From Polyangiales bacterium (GTDB lineage Bacteria > Myxococcota_A > Polyangia > Polyangiales > Polyangiaceae): a DNA stretch of 64,000 nt. The translations under genes were made by a program, and so were the position numbers. The notes below the pieces were generated by a model, which saw nothing but the letters and a program-made list of their open reading frames with translations, had not been told where the DNA came from and searched no databases. The DNA lies in the NCBI GenBank assembly GCA_038231275.1, contig JBBRLQ010000016.1, positions 146,749-210,748 of the forward strand, read 5' to 3'. Shown here one piece after another: positions 30,465-39,820 of this stretch (its first letter is position 1; every line of letters begins with the position of its first letter).

Positions 30465-30917
30465 TCAATCGACCGGGTACGGAACGGCGGGCAGGAACTT
30501 CACGGCGAGTCCCGACAAGTGCGTCGGCTCGCCCTGCGCCTCCCCGTGGTGGAACTCGACGCCGACGACAGCGTCCGCGCCGAGGCGTGCGGCCTTCGTC
30601 TGGAGCGCATGGAGCGCGCCGTCGTGCTTGCCCATCTCTTCGTGCGCGTCGACGACCCCGACGACCTGTGCAGGGCGATCGAGGTGCGTCGATTGGAGGA
30701 TCAAGACGCGCGACGGATCGCCAGCGGCGCGGCCGGCGTTGGACGGCGAGCTCGCCTCGCTCCCCTGCATGTGTCCCGTCGTTTGGTAGACGGTCACCGG
30801 ATACGACAGGTTCTGCGAGTACGAGTACGACGACTGGGGGTGAAACTCCGGGTGGTACTCGCTCTGACACGCCGCCAGCGGCAACGAGAGGAGAGCGGTC
30901 AGGAGGAGCTGCTTCAC
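30465..30917 (-). CDS. lipoprotein with one YbjQ-like domain (copy A1)
   Basis: Lipobox LAAC; DAHEEMGKH...LGADAVVGVEFHHGE; paralog at 52610. Confidence 0.8.
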   Translation of the reverse strand: MKQLLLTALLSLPLAACQSEYHPEFHPQSSYSYSQNLSYPVTVYQTTGHMQGSEASSPSNAGRAAGDPSRVLILQSTHLDRPAQVVGVVDAHEEMGKHDGALHALQTKAARLGADAVVGVEFHHGEAQGEPTHLSGLAVKFLPAVPYPVD

Positions 30918-30939
30918 GATGGCCACTCCCGGTCCCCTC

Positions 30940-30955
30940 TTCACGCGCCATGCCA
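30940..30955 (-). promoter_or_regulatory. variant sigma54-like element (cassette copy 1)
   Basis: TGGCATGGCGCGTGAA; the -12 reads TGAA, as in copy 2. Confidence 0.45.
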
Positions 30956-31096
30956 CGCGTCGCGCACGCGCAACTCCGCTGGCGTGCGCGGCGCGGAGAG
31001 GATCGAGCGGGACAAGACGCGTCGCACGCGGGCGTCGACTCAGGCGCCGAGGTCGTCACGCGGCTCACCGAGCGCGTCGAAGCGCCTAATTTCGGC

Positions 31097-31112
31097 TGGC
31101 ACGTCGCGTGGA
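31097..31112 (+). promoter_or_regulatory. variant sigma54-like element
   Basis: TGGCACGTCGCGTGGA, 14 nt before the ATG at 31125. Confidence 0.45.
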
Positions 31113-31124
31113 AGAGCCGTCGGC

Positions 31125-31514
31125 ATGCGAACAGGTACACGCCACGCCACGAACGCCTTCCTCGCGGTCTTGCTGCTCGCGCTCACCACGGCGGGCGGCC
31201 TCTTCCTCGACGCCGGCGACGATTTCGGAAAGCTCGCCCCCGCCCGGCGCGAGCTCGCCGTGTCCGATGGGCGCTTCGAAGCATGGTCGCTTCAGCTCGC
31301 GCCGGTGGAAGCCGACGCGCCTCCCCCGACTCCCGCCCCACCCACGCCCCGCGCGCCGAAGCGACACGCGCGCCGCCCTCGTCTGGCGAGGCTTCCGCCG
31401 TTGCCGCCGTTGCCGCCGGTAGGGCGCGTAGAGAGCGATGGGCCCAAGGTGCCTTCCATCAACCCCGGCGTGACGGCCGCGGTTGGGTCGCCGGGGGTGA
31501 CCGCGCGACCGTAG
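31125..31514 (+). CDS. hypothetical small exported/membrane Pro-rich protein
   Basis: MRTGTRHATNAFLAVLLLALTTAGG hydrophobic N-terminus. Confidence 0.55.
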   Translation: MRTGTRHATNAFLAVLLLALTTAGGLFLDAGDDFGKLAPARRELAVSDGRFEAWSLQLAPVEADAPPPTPAPPTPRAPKRHARRPRLARLPPLPPLPPVGRVESDGPKVPSINPGVTAAVGSPGVTARP

Positions 31515-31531
31515 AGGCCTATTCTGACGCC

Positions 31532-31846
31532 ATGCGAACGCTCGGAGCTCCTGCGTGTGTGGCGATGCTGATGGTGAGCGCCGCCGGGTGCGCGACGGTG
31601 ACGACGGCGCCCGAGGCTTCACGTCCCCAGCAAGTCGAGCTGCTTCGCGGCGCGAAGATCGAGGTGAGCGACGCCATCAAAGCGGCGACCACGAAGGCTC
31701 CCGGACGCGTGCTCGACACCGAGCTGCGCGCGAAGGGAGGCCACACGGTCTGGGAGGTCGACGTCCTTACGGCCGACGGGAAGGTCGTCGAGGTCGACGT
31801 CGACGCCACCTCGGGCCAGGCGGTGGACTCGGAAGAGCATCGCTGA
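31532..31846 (+). CDS. PepSY-domain lipoprotein
   Basis: Lipobox AAGC; AI.AA....PG.V...EL.....VWEV.V...G...EV.VDA.SG. Confidence 0.85.
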   Translation: MRTLGAPACVAMLMVSAAGCATVTTAPEASRPQQVELLRGAKIEVSDAIKAATTKAPGRVLDTELRAKGGHTVWEVDVLTADGKVVEVDVDATSGQAVDSEEHR

Positions 31847-31847
31847 G

Positions 31848-32666
31848 ATGCGCCTCGCGCAGACTCTGATCGCCCTCGCGGTGCTCGTCGTGGGGTGCAA
31901 GGGGAGCGAGAGCGCGGGGAAGCCGGCGACGCCAAGCGCGTCGGCTCCTGCCTCGAGCGCAACGGCGAGCACGAGCGCGAACGCGAACGCGATGGCGGCG
32001 ACGTCCGCGAGCGCGATCGCCAGCGGGGACGCCGGCGCGAGGATCGCGCGCACGACGGGCGGAGTCGCCGGAGCGGCCGAGACGCGCTTCGTCTTCGACG
32101 CGGACGCGGCCGGCGCGGCTCCGGCAGGCTTCACGTCGCTTCGAACGGGGAGCGGGCGCGTGGGGAGTTGGATCGTGCGCGCCGAAGGAGATGGCCCCGG
32201 CGCGCCGATGATCCTCGCGCAGACGGACGCGGATCCCACCGACAATCGCTTCCCGATGCTCCTCGCCGACGCGCCCGTCCTCGCGGACGTCCAGGTGTCC
32301 GTCCGATGCAAACCCGTGTCGGGGAAGGTCGACCAAGCGTGCGGCGTCGTGTGCCGCGCGAAGGGCGCCGACGACTACTACCTCGCGCGCGCAAACGCGC
32401 TCGAGGGCAACGTCCGCCTCTACGTGGTCGAGCACGGCAAGCGCCGCCAGCTCGAAAGCTACTCGGGCGCAGTCACGGGTGGGCAGTGGCACAAGCTCGC
32501 GCTCTGGTGCCACGGCGCCGGGCTCAGCGTCTACTGGGACGAGGCGCGGGTGCTGCGACAGGCCGACAAGACGTTCACCGAAGCCGGCAAGGTCGGGCTT
32601 TGGACCAAGGCAGACTCGGTCACCTACTTCGACGCCCTCGTCGTTCGCGAGATGTCGAACATGTAG
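31848..32666 (+). CDS. lipoprotein with DUF1080/LamG-like jelly-roll domain
   Basis: Lipobox VVGC; SGKVDQACG, YYLARANALE.NV, GKVGLWTKADS..YFD. Confidence 0.75.
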   Translation: MRLAQTLIALAVLVVGCKGSESAGKPATPSASAPASSATASTSANANAMAATSASAIASGDAGARIARTTGGVAGAAETRFVFDADAAGAAPAGFTSLRTGSGRVGSWIVRAEGDGPGAPMILAQTDADPTDNRFPMLLADAPVLADVQVSVRCKPVSGKVDQACGVVCRAKGADDYYLARANALEGNVRLYVVEHGKRRQLESYSGAVTGGQWHKLALWCHGAGLSVYWDEARVLRQADKTFTEAGKVGLWTKADSVTYFDALVVREMSNM

Positions 32667-32867
32667 CGCTCCGGGCCCCGGCGGCCGTCGTCGGTCGCCC
32701 ACGTGGGCATGTAAACGACGACCCAGTCCAAGTGAACATGACCGTCCACAGCGCGTGCCTCGCCACGCCTCGCGAGGCGCGAACGGATGACGCCCGGAGG
32801 ATCCACTCCACCTCGTGAGGTGTTGAATCCCTTGACTGACCCGGATGCGTGAACTAACCGCCGTCCC

Positions 32868-33881
32868 GTGGGATCTCGCGCCGCGTCGTCCCTCGCGCTG
32901 GCCTGCTTCGTCGTCGTGAGCGCCGCAACGACCGACGCGCGCGCCGACGGCGACGACGTCGCCCTCGACTGGGTCGCGCCCTCCGAGTGCGCGACCGGCG
33001 CGCACGTTGCTGCAGAAATCGCGCGCCTTCGTGCGGGGCCACCACGCGTGCGGGTTCGAGCACACGCGCGCATCACGCGCGACGCGAACGCGTGGTCGTT
33101 GGAGCTGACGACGGAGATCGACGGCGCCGAGCACAAGCGCGCATTCCAGGCGGCGACCTGCGGAGAGCTCTCGGACGCGGCGGCGACGGTGCTCGCGCTC
33201 GAAACCGCGGGCGAGCCGACCCCAACCCCGACCCCGACCCCGACCCCAACTCCGACGCCGACGCCGACCCCGACCCCGACCCCGACTCCGACTCCGACCC
33301 CGACGCCGACGCCGACGCCGACCCCGACTCCGACGCCGACTCCGACTCCGACGCCGACCCCGACGCCGACTCGTCCCTTTGCTGCGGGGGTTGGCGTCGT
33401 TGGAACGGGAGGCGCGGTCGGTCCCTTCGCGCTCGGCGCCGCAATCGTGGGAGCGTGGACGCCGGGCCACGAGCGTGCGGAAATCATGGCCTCGTACAGC
33501 CCCCCGACCCGTGTAGATCGCACCGATCTCTCCATCGGCGGCAACTTCAGCCTCCTCCTCTTCGGCGTCGCGGCGTGCCACGTCTTCGGAGACGGCGTCT
33601 TCCGCGCGGGGCCGTGCGCCGGGATCGAAGCTGGGCGGATCGGCGCGGTGGGCGTCGGCAACGCAGTGCAGACTCCGGAGCCGACGGGCGGCGCATGGGT
33701 CGCGCCGAAAGCGTCGGCCCTCGCGCTGGTCTCGCTGGGGCGCTTCGCGCTCCGAATCGAAGGAGGCGCCGTCATCCCGCTCGTTCGAAATACCTTCACG
33801 ATTACAGGGGTCGACCAGGTTTACCGCCCCGCCGCAGTGGTTGCCAGAGGGGGATTCGGCGTCGAGGTCGCGTTTCCGTGA
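32868..33881 (+). CDS. secreted protein with Pro-Thr linker and C-terminal beta-strand-rich domain
   Basis: Signal peptide; W.AP.EC...C.EL..A.A domain; (PT)26 linker. Confidence 0.75.
   Translation: MGSRAASSLALACFVVVSAATTDARADGDDVALDWVAPSECATGAHVAAEIARLRAGPPRVRVRAHARITRDANAWSLELTTEIDGAEHKRAFQAATCGELSDAAATVLALETAGEPTPTPTPTPTPTPTPTPTPTPTPTPTPTPTPTPTPTPTPTPTPTPTPTPTPTRPFAAGVGVVGTGGAVGPFALGAAIVGAWTPGHERAEIMASYSPPTRVDRTDLSIGGNFSLLLFGVAACHVFGDGVFRAGPCAGIEAGRIGAVGVGNAVQTPEPTGGAWVAPKASALALVSLGRFALRIEGGAVIPLVRNTFTITGVDQVYRPAAVVARGGFGVEVAFP
33216..33371 (+). repeat. (CCGACN)26 coding tandem repeat (Pro-Thr)
   Basis: 156 nt of 6-bp units. Confidence 0.95.
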
Positions 33882-34537
33882 CGACAATCGTTCCGCCGGC
33901 CACTCAACGAGAGTTGGGACCTTCGCTTTCCCCATCCATGACCCTTCGCTTGGTAGACGCCCCCAACGTCCGAGATGCGGCGCACGAGACGGCCGACGGC
34001 GTCGTCGCATTTGCAGATCTGTACGACGCGCACGCCAGCTTCGTCTTTCGCGTCGTCCTTCGCCTCGGCGTAGGGCGCGACGCCGTCGAAGACGTCGTGC
34101 AGGAGATCTTCCTCGTCGTTCATCGTCGGCTCGAAGAGTTCGAGCAGCGTTCGAAGATCCGCACGTGGATCTACGGAATCGCCGTTCGCGTGGCGCGCAC
34201 GTATCGGCGAACGCTGGCGCGGAAGCACTTGAATCCCGAGAATGGCCGCGAAGAGCTCGAATCGCACGTGTTGGCGGACGACGCGACGCGCGCGCCGGAT
34301 GCAGTGCTCGAAAAGGCGCAGGCGGCCGAGCTCGTCGTGACGATCCTGGAAGAGCTCGACGACGAGCTGCGTGAAGTGTTCGTTCTCGCGGAGCTCGAAG
34401 AAATGACGGCGATCGAGATGGGCGAGGTGCTCGGCGTGAGCGCGAACACGGTGGCATCGCGCTTGCGATTGGCGCGACGCGATTTCGATCGCGCGCTCAC
34501 CCGAGCGCGTGCCCGCGACGAATGGAGGATGCGGTGA
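33878..34537 (+). CDS. ECF RNA polymerase sigma factor
   Basis: VEDVVQEIFLVVHRRL..F.....RTWIYGIA; VFVLAELEEM...E.GEVLGVS.NTV.SRLRLAR. GTGA overlap; alternative ATG at 33938. Confidence 0.92.
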   Translation: MTTIVPPATQRELGPSLSPSMTLRLVDAPNVRDAAHETADGVVAFADLYDAHASFVFRVVLRLGVGRDAVEDVVQEIFLVVHRRLEEFEQRSKIRTWIYGIAVRVARTYRRTLARKHLNPENGREELESHVLADDATRAPDAVLEKAQAAELVVTILEELDDELREVFVLAELEEMTAIEMGEVLGVSANTVASRLRLARRDFDRALTRARARDEWRMR

Positions 34538-35397
34538 GCGATCTGAGCCGAGAGGCCCGCGCCCTGCTCTCGCGCGCAAAGAGCTCCGATCACGGCCTCC
34601 CCGACGCCGCGTCGCTCGCGCGCACGCGAGGCAGCGTCCTGCGTCGTGCGGGAATGGGCGCCGCGGCGGGCGTAGCGACCGCGGCCGCGAGCACGGCGAC
34701 GAAGGCGGCCCCCGTCCTCGTCGCAGCAGGCGCGACGGGAGTGTCTGTTTCGGTGACTGCGAAGGTCGTGCTCCTCGCGGCGCTCCTGACGGGCGGCGCG
34801 GTGGCCGCCGTATCGATTCCGAGCGCTCCGACGCCGAGCGCGCGGGTGGCGGTCGCAGTGGCTCCACACGGGCCAAGCCGAGCGCCCGAGTCGAAGCAAA
34901 CGGCCGCACCGCCGCCGGTGGCGACTCCGAGCCCGACTCCGACGCCGACTCCGACGCCGACTCCGACGCCGACGCCGGCTCCGACTCCGGCTCCGACTCC
35001 GGCTCCGACTCCGGCTCCGACTCCGGCTCCGACTCCGGCTCCGACTCCGACGCCGACTCCCGTTCCGCCCGCGTCTCCGGTTTTTTCGACGGCGTCCGAT
35101 CCGGCGCCTCTTCCGCCGCCCCCGCCCCCTCTTCCGGGCCTGTCGTCGGACATCGCGCACCTTCGCGCGTCGCAAGCCGCGCTCGCGGCCGGAGACGCGC
35201 GAACGGCGGAGCACGAAGCGGCGCGCGTGTCAGCGACTGGGCCGCTCGCAGAAGAGCGTGACGGCATGCTCACCCTCGCGGGGTGCGCTCTAGGAAGCGA
35301 CGCAGAGGCCGCGCGCCAGGGGACGGATTTCGTGCAGAGGCATCCGTCGTCCGCGCTCGTGCCGCGCGTGCGTTCGGCGTGCGGCAATTCGATTTGA
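34522..35397 (+). CDS. putative membrane anti-sigma factor
   Basis: Directly follows the ECF gene; TM helix, Pro/Thr linker, TPR-like C-terminus (LAEER...F..RHP.S). Confidence 0.7.
   Translation: MEDAVSDLSREARALLSRAKSSDHGLPDAASLARTRGSVLRRAGMGAAAGVATAAASTATKAAPVLVAAGATGVSVSVTAKVVLLAALLTGGAVAAVSIPSAPTPSARVAVAVAPHGPSRAPESKQTAAPPPVATPSPTPTPTPTPTPTPTPAPTPAPTPAPTPAPTPAPTPAPTPTPTPVPPASPVFSTASDPAPLPPPPPPLPGLSSDIAHLRASQAALAAGDARTAEHEAARVSATGPLAEERDGMLTLAGCALGSDAEAARQGTDFVQRHPSSALVPRVRSACGNSI
34924..35061 (+). repeat. Pro-Thr/Pro-Ala coding tandem repeat
   Basis: Contains perfect (CCGGCTCCGACT)x6 at 34975-35046. Confidence 0.9.
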
Positions 35398-35437
35398 TCA
35401 CGAAACGGCGCGTAGCGGTCACCCACGTGACGAAGAG

Positions 35438-36124
35438 GTGATCATGACCATCCGAGCTTTTCATCGCGTATTCTTGACGGCCGCCGCAACCGCAGCGGTG
35501 CTCGTGGCGTGCGGAGGCGACATCGCCATTGGTTCTTCGCAGAACCCGCTCGTCGGCGACGCGTGCGCCGTCTCCGAATGCGGAGCTACGCCGTTCACGT
35601 GCAGCAACGGCGCGGCCACCGACGTCGCATGTACGCGTCATCAAGGCGCATGCACGTGGTCGGGGAAATGCCCCGGCGATTGTCCACCCGCGAAGTGCGC
35701 GGACGAAGCCGTGGGATGCGCAGGCAGCTCCGCGGACGGCGGGCCTATCACTCCGCTTTTCCCGACCAACTTGCGTTGCGCCCCCAGCGCGTTCCGCGGC
35801 GTCGGCTCGGCGCCCGCCGATCAGTGCGAGATCCTCTTCGAATGCGCGCCGAAGCCCGTCGTCACGTGCGCGGCATCGGCATGCGCGAACCAAGGTTTCG
35901 CGTGTTTGACGGGGCCCGCAACGAACCTGCGATGCGTGCCCGATCCGAACGCCGGTGTAGGGTCCAACCCGGTGGGCGCCTGCCTGCTCCTCGGCGATTG
36001 CCCGTCGGGCAACGATGCGTCCGCGGGACCCCCGACGCCACCACCGACGTCAGCGCGGGAAACGGCAACGACGCCTCCGTCGACGCCGGACGCTGACTGG
36101 AGCGAAGCGCTGCGGTCGCTGTGA
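35438..36124 (+). CDS. Cys-rich repeat lipoprotein
   Basis: Lipobox LVAC; three Cys-rich modules, two with TNLRC...GVGS.P...C. Confidence 0.75.
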   Translation: MIMTIRAFHRVFLTAAATAAVLVACGGDIAIGSSQNPLVGDACAVSECGATPFTCSNGAATDVACTRHQGACTWSGKCPGDCPPAKCADEAVGCAGSSADGGPITPLFPTNLRCAPSAFRGVGSAPADQCEILFECAPKPVVTCAASACANQGFACLTGPATNLRCVPDPNAGVGSNPVGACLLLGDCPSGNDASAGPPTPPPTSARETATTPPSTPDADWSEALRSL

Positions 36125-36132
36125 CCGCGTAC

Positions 36133-36570
36133 TCAGTGCGATCCGACGAGCGCAGTCGCGATGAACAGGGCCGAACAAATCCACACGGCCGCGGCGGTGA
36201 TCACGAGCGAGATCCTCACCGCGGGGCGCTGCAGGAATGGGGTCGACGGGAAGACGGACCGATACACGACCGATGCCTCGGGCTCGGGCGACTCCACTGC
36301 GAGCCAGAACTCGTCGAAGCGGCGCTGCGACTCCTGGTCGCGCGGCGGAGCGACCGTGACGCGGACATGGATCTCGGTGAGGGCCGCGTCGTTTTCGTCG
36401 TCGGCGAAGAGGTCTTGCGTTCCCGCGGCCATGGCGCCGGTCGAATCCGGCACGAGCTCGAGGTGCGGCCGCGCGCGCCAGGACACGCTCGACGCAGCGG
36501 CGTCCACGTCGACGATTTCGAGGGGGAAACGTGGAAGAACCTTGCGAGAATCGTCGGCGGTAGCGGGCAC
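36133..36570 (-). CDS. hypothetical protein with C-terminal TM helix
   Basis: GTG start after AAAGG; sigma54-like GGGCTTGCAGGTTGCC at 36617-36632. Confidence 0.5.
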   Translation of the reverse strand: MPATADDSRKVLPRFPLEIVDVDAAASSVSWRARPHLELVPDSTGAMAAGTQDLFADDENDAALTEIHVRVTVAPPRDQESQRRFDEFWLAVESPEPEASVVYRSVFPSTPFLQRPAVRISLVITAAAVWICSALFIATALVGSH

Positions 36571-36726
36571 GGGCAGACCTTTCGTGGCGGTGGCGGCGCC
36601 AGTGTTCCTCAGAATCGGCAACCTGCAAGCCCAGGCGACGCTTTTTCTCCGTCTCTTTGCGCAATCGCGCGCAACGGGGACCGCCAAACCCGTCTCGAGA
36701 GGCGCTTTTCGTCCTGACGGCTGCGC

Positions 36727-37344
36727 TTACCCCAGACCGTGCTCTTTCGCGATCGCCGCGTTCTTCGCGTCGCCTCGCTGCGCCGCCGGCCGCGCTCCGA
36801 GTCGCTCGGCGTATTCCCCGAGGGTGGGGCTCGGCTCGAGCATCTTGAAGCGCAACATGAAGCGGAGCGTCCCGCCGAAGATGCAGTCGGCCATCGAGAA
36901 GCGGTCGCCCAGGACGAAGGTCCGTCCTGCGATCGCGCTCTCCATCGCGCCGACCATGCTCTCATACGTGCCCCATCCGACCTGGCCGGGCTTGAACTGC
37001 CCGCCGGAGCTCTTGGCCGACATCGCCGGCTCGATGACCGACGGCGCGAAGAGCGACCAGCGCAGATAAGGACCCCGCTCCGGATCGTCAGGCGCCGGCG
37101 CCAGCTTCCCGAGCGCGTACCGGTCAGCGAGGTAGAGCCCGATGGCCGCCGACTCGGTCACGACGACATCGCCGTCGCGCAAGATGGGGACCTTCCCCAT
37201 CGGGTTCAGCGCGAGGACCTCCGGAGACTTCTGCGCGTTCTTCATGAGGTCGACGAAGGCCAGCTCGTAGGGAGCCCCGACCTCCTCGAGCATCCAGAGC
37301 GTGTTGGCGGCGCGCGAGTAGGGGTGGTGGTACAGCGTGATCAT
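36727..37344 (-). CDS. glutathione S-transferase family protein
   Basis: SRA..LWMLEE, LNPMGKVP.L, ESAAI..YL, GDRFS.AD; SD GAGGAGG. Confidence 0.92.
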   Translation of the reverse strand: MITLYHHPYSRAANTLWMLEEVGAPYELAFVDLMKNAQKSPEVLALNPMGKVPILRDGDVVVTESAAIGLYLADRYALGKLAPAPDDPERGPYLRWSLFAPSVIEPAMSAKSSGGQFKPGQVGWGTYESMVGAMESAIAGRTFVLGDRFSMADCIFGGTLRFMLRFKMLEPSPTLGEYAERLGARPAAQRGDAKNAAIAKEHGLG

Positions 37345-37372
37345 CCGGTTCATCCTCCTCGCGGGAGATTAC

Positions 37373-37849
37373 TCAGCCGCGGCGTGCTGCGTCGATCGCC
37401 GCGACGTCGATCTTGCGCATCGTCATCATCGCCGAAAACGCGCGTTTGGCCTCGGCGCCCCCGGCGGCGAGCGCGTCCGTGAGCGTTCGCGGGGTGATTT
37501 GCCAGGAAAGGCCCCAGCGGTCCTTGCACCATCCGCACGCGCTCTCTTGCCCACCATTGCCGACGATCGCGTTCCAGTAGCGATCGGTCTCGGCTTGGTC
37601 GTCCGTCGCGATCTGGAAGGAGAACGCCTCGGTCTGCTTGAACTGCGGGCCGCCGTTGATACCCATACAAGGAATGCCGAGGACGGTGAACTCCACCGTG
37701 AGCACGTCGCCTTCCTTGCCGCTCGGGAAGTCGCCGGGTGCCTTGTGAACGGCGGTGACCTCACTCTTCGGGAAGGTCGCGGCGTAGAAGCGCGCCGCGT
37801 CGTGGGCGTCTTTGTCGAACCACAGGCAGATGGTGTTCTTCGGCGTCAT
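37373..37849 (-). CDS. VOC/PhnB-like (3-demethylubiquinone methyltransferase-like) protein
   Basis: CLWFD..A..AARFY, NGGP.F, DQAETDRYW, CGWCKDRWGLSWQI.P. Confidence 0.92.
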   Translation of the reverse strand: MTPKNTICLWFDKDAHDAARFYAATFPKSEVTAVHKAPGDFPSGKEGDVLTVEFTVLGIPCMGINGGPQFKQTEAFSFQIATDDQAETDRYWNAIVGNGGQESACGWCKDRWGLSWQITPRTLTDALAAGGAEAKRAFSAMMTMRKIDVAAIDAARRG

Positions 37850-37954
37850 CGTGGTGGGCTCCTCGTGCTCCGATTGGCGTGAAGACGCGGGAGCGTACTT
37901 CGAATCACGTGCCCAAGCCGAGCGCGATGAGTCCCCGTCGCGCGCGATGGGGAA

Positions 37955-38418
37955 ATGCGGCAGATCCATTCGGATTGGTGCGCCCCCGCGTCCGGGCAGA
38001 CGACCATCTCGGCGTTCGACTCGACGCCGCCGAGCCAAGCGACGATCGCGGCCGCGATGCACACCAACCACGGCACCACCCTCCCGAACGTCGTGCCCGC
38101 GCTCAACCACTTCCAGCACAAGAACGCGTACATCCTGTCGACGGTGTCGAGCACGAGCGGCCTCTTCAACCTGGTTCACTACAACACGGACTTCCGCACG
38201 CTCCGCTCGTCGCAGGCGTGCGCGGCAAATACCTCCCCACCTGGGCGGCGCACGGCTTCGACGGCTACCACGCGATCGCGCCGGACGGCTGGATCCAAAG
38301 CGGCAGTCGCTACTGGATCCGGGATCCGCTCCAGGTCTCATGGCGCGGCGCGCACGCGTTCCCCGCCTCGACGGTCATGACCGTGGTGCCAGGGTTCACG
38401 TCGCAGGTCGTCCGGTAA
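37955..38418 (+). pseudogene. frameshifted C39-like (papain-fold) peptidase remnant
   Basis: Q....WCAPAS...GT...LN in one frame; YH and IRDP in another frame after about 38218. Confidence 0.55.
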
Positions 38419-38491
38419 CGAAGATAGAAAAAGAGAGCGCGGCGCGCAGGAATCCGCGAAATTCGGCGCCGCAAGTGTCTACGCTTCTAGG

Positions 38492-39691
38492 ATGACCGAC
38501 GGCGGGCCGATCGATCCCGAGCTCAGCGCGAAGAACGCGCGGCTTCGCTACGTGAGCGACGACCGACCGGGGCTCTCGCGCGAGCGGATCGGGACGAGCA
38601 ACGACTTCAGGTACCTCACGGCCAGCGGCGACGAGATCGACGACGAGGCGACGCTGGCCCGCATACGCTCGCTCGCCATTCCCCCGGCGTGGGAGAAGGT
38701 CTGGATCTGCCCGCTCACCAACGGCCACATTCAGGCCACCGGCCGCGACGCCAAGGGCCGAAAACAATACCGCTACCACTCGCGGTGGCACGCGGTCCGC
38801 GACGTCACGAAGTATGCACGCATGATCGACTTCGCGACGTCGTTGCCAAAGACGCGCGCGGCGATCGAGGTTCATCTCCAGCGGCCTGGGCTACCGCGAG
38901 AGAAGGTGCTGGCCACGATCGTCCGGCTGCTCGAGGTGACGTGCATCCGCGTGGGGAACGAGGAGTACGCGCGCAAGAATCGCTCGTACGGCCTGACGAC
39001 GCTGCGCAATCGTCACGTCGACGTCTCGGGGAGCTCGGTGCGCTTTCGGTTCCGCGGCAAGAGCGGCCAGGCGCACGTCATTCGGATGAAGGACCGGCGC
39101 CTCGCGCGGATCGTCGCGCGGTGCAGCGAGCTGCCGGGCCACGAGCTCTTTCAATACATCGACGACGAAGGCGTGACGTGCACGGTGGAGTCGTCGGACG
39201 TGAACGCGTACATCAAGGAGATCTCCGGCGGCGACTTCACCGCGAAGGATTTCCGCACCTGGGTGGGGACGGTGAGCGCGGTGCGGGCGCTCCGCGAGCA
39301 GGCGCCCGCGGCGTCGGGGAACGACGTGAACAAGCAGCTCGTCGCCGCCGTGAAGCTCGTCGCCGATCGCCTCGGGAACACGGCGGCCGTCTGCCGAAAA
39401 TCGTACATCCACCCTGCGGTCATCGACGCGTGGGTCAACAGAGGCGGCTCCGACTCGATCTTCCCACCGCCCCCGAGCTCGCTGATTGACGCGAGCCCGC
39501 CGACGACGGCGAGCCGCGTCGCCGGCGAGCTCGTCGTGAACGTGAACACGCCGGAGGACGACCTCGACGCCGACGAGCTCGCGACGCTCAGGTTCCTCCA
39601 GAAGAACCCAAGCGACGAGGACGAGGCCCGCGCGCTGCGCCGCAAGCTCTTGAAGAGCATCTCGGCGGCCCGTGAAAAGAAGGCCTCCTGA
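38492..39691 (+). CDS. DNA topoisomerase IB (bacterial)
   Basis: AIPPAW, GRDAKGRKQYRYH, IRVGNEEY, FRGKSG, AKDFRTW, LGNT.AVCRKSY. Confidence 0.95.
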   Translation: MTDGGPIDPELSAKNARLRYVSDDRPGLSRERIGTSNDFRYLTASGDEIDDEATLARIRSLAIPPAWEKVWICPLTNGHIQATGRDAKGRKQYRYHSRWHAVRDVTKYARMIDFATSLPKTRAAIEVHLQRPGLPREKVLATIVRLLEVTCIRVGNEEYARKNRSYGLTTLRNRHVDVSGSSVRFRFRGKSGQAHVIRMKDRRLARIVARCSELPGHELFQYIDDEGVTCTVESSDVNAYIKEISGGDFTAKDFRTWVGTVSAVRALREQAPAASGNDVNKQLVAAVKLVADRLGNTAAVCRKSYIHPAVIDAWVNRGGSDSIFPPPPSSLIDASPPTTASRVAGELVVNVNTPEDDLDADELATLRFLQKNPSDEDEARALRRKLLKSISAAREKKAS

Positions 39692-39820
39692 CTGCGGCGC
39701 GGCGACGGCTGCCGGAGCTGGCCCACGCAAATCCCCGCCTCGCGCAGCCGTTGAGACCAACCGATGGTGGCTCCGCCGAGCTCCAGCCGCCGCGATCCGC
39801 TCGAAGCGGGTACGTTCCGC

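Noticed and set aside
32690..32830. IS200/HUH transposase remnant (HVHL plus hairpin CACCTCGTGAGGTG)
   Set aside because: Only a 4-residue match and a short stem; no other TnpA motifs.
33216..35061. Possible CRISPR array
   Set aside because: Short in-frame coding repeats with no spacers and no cas genes.
32624..35426. (GV)n, (RS)n and (DS)n repeat ORFs
   Set aside because: Alternative frames or strands of the Pro-Thr repeats.
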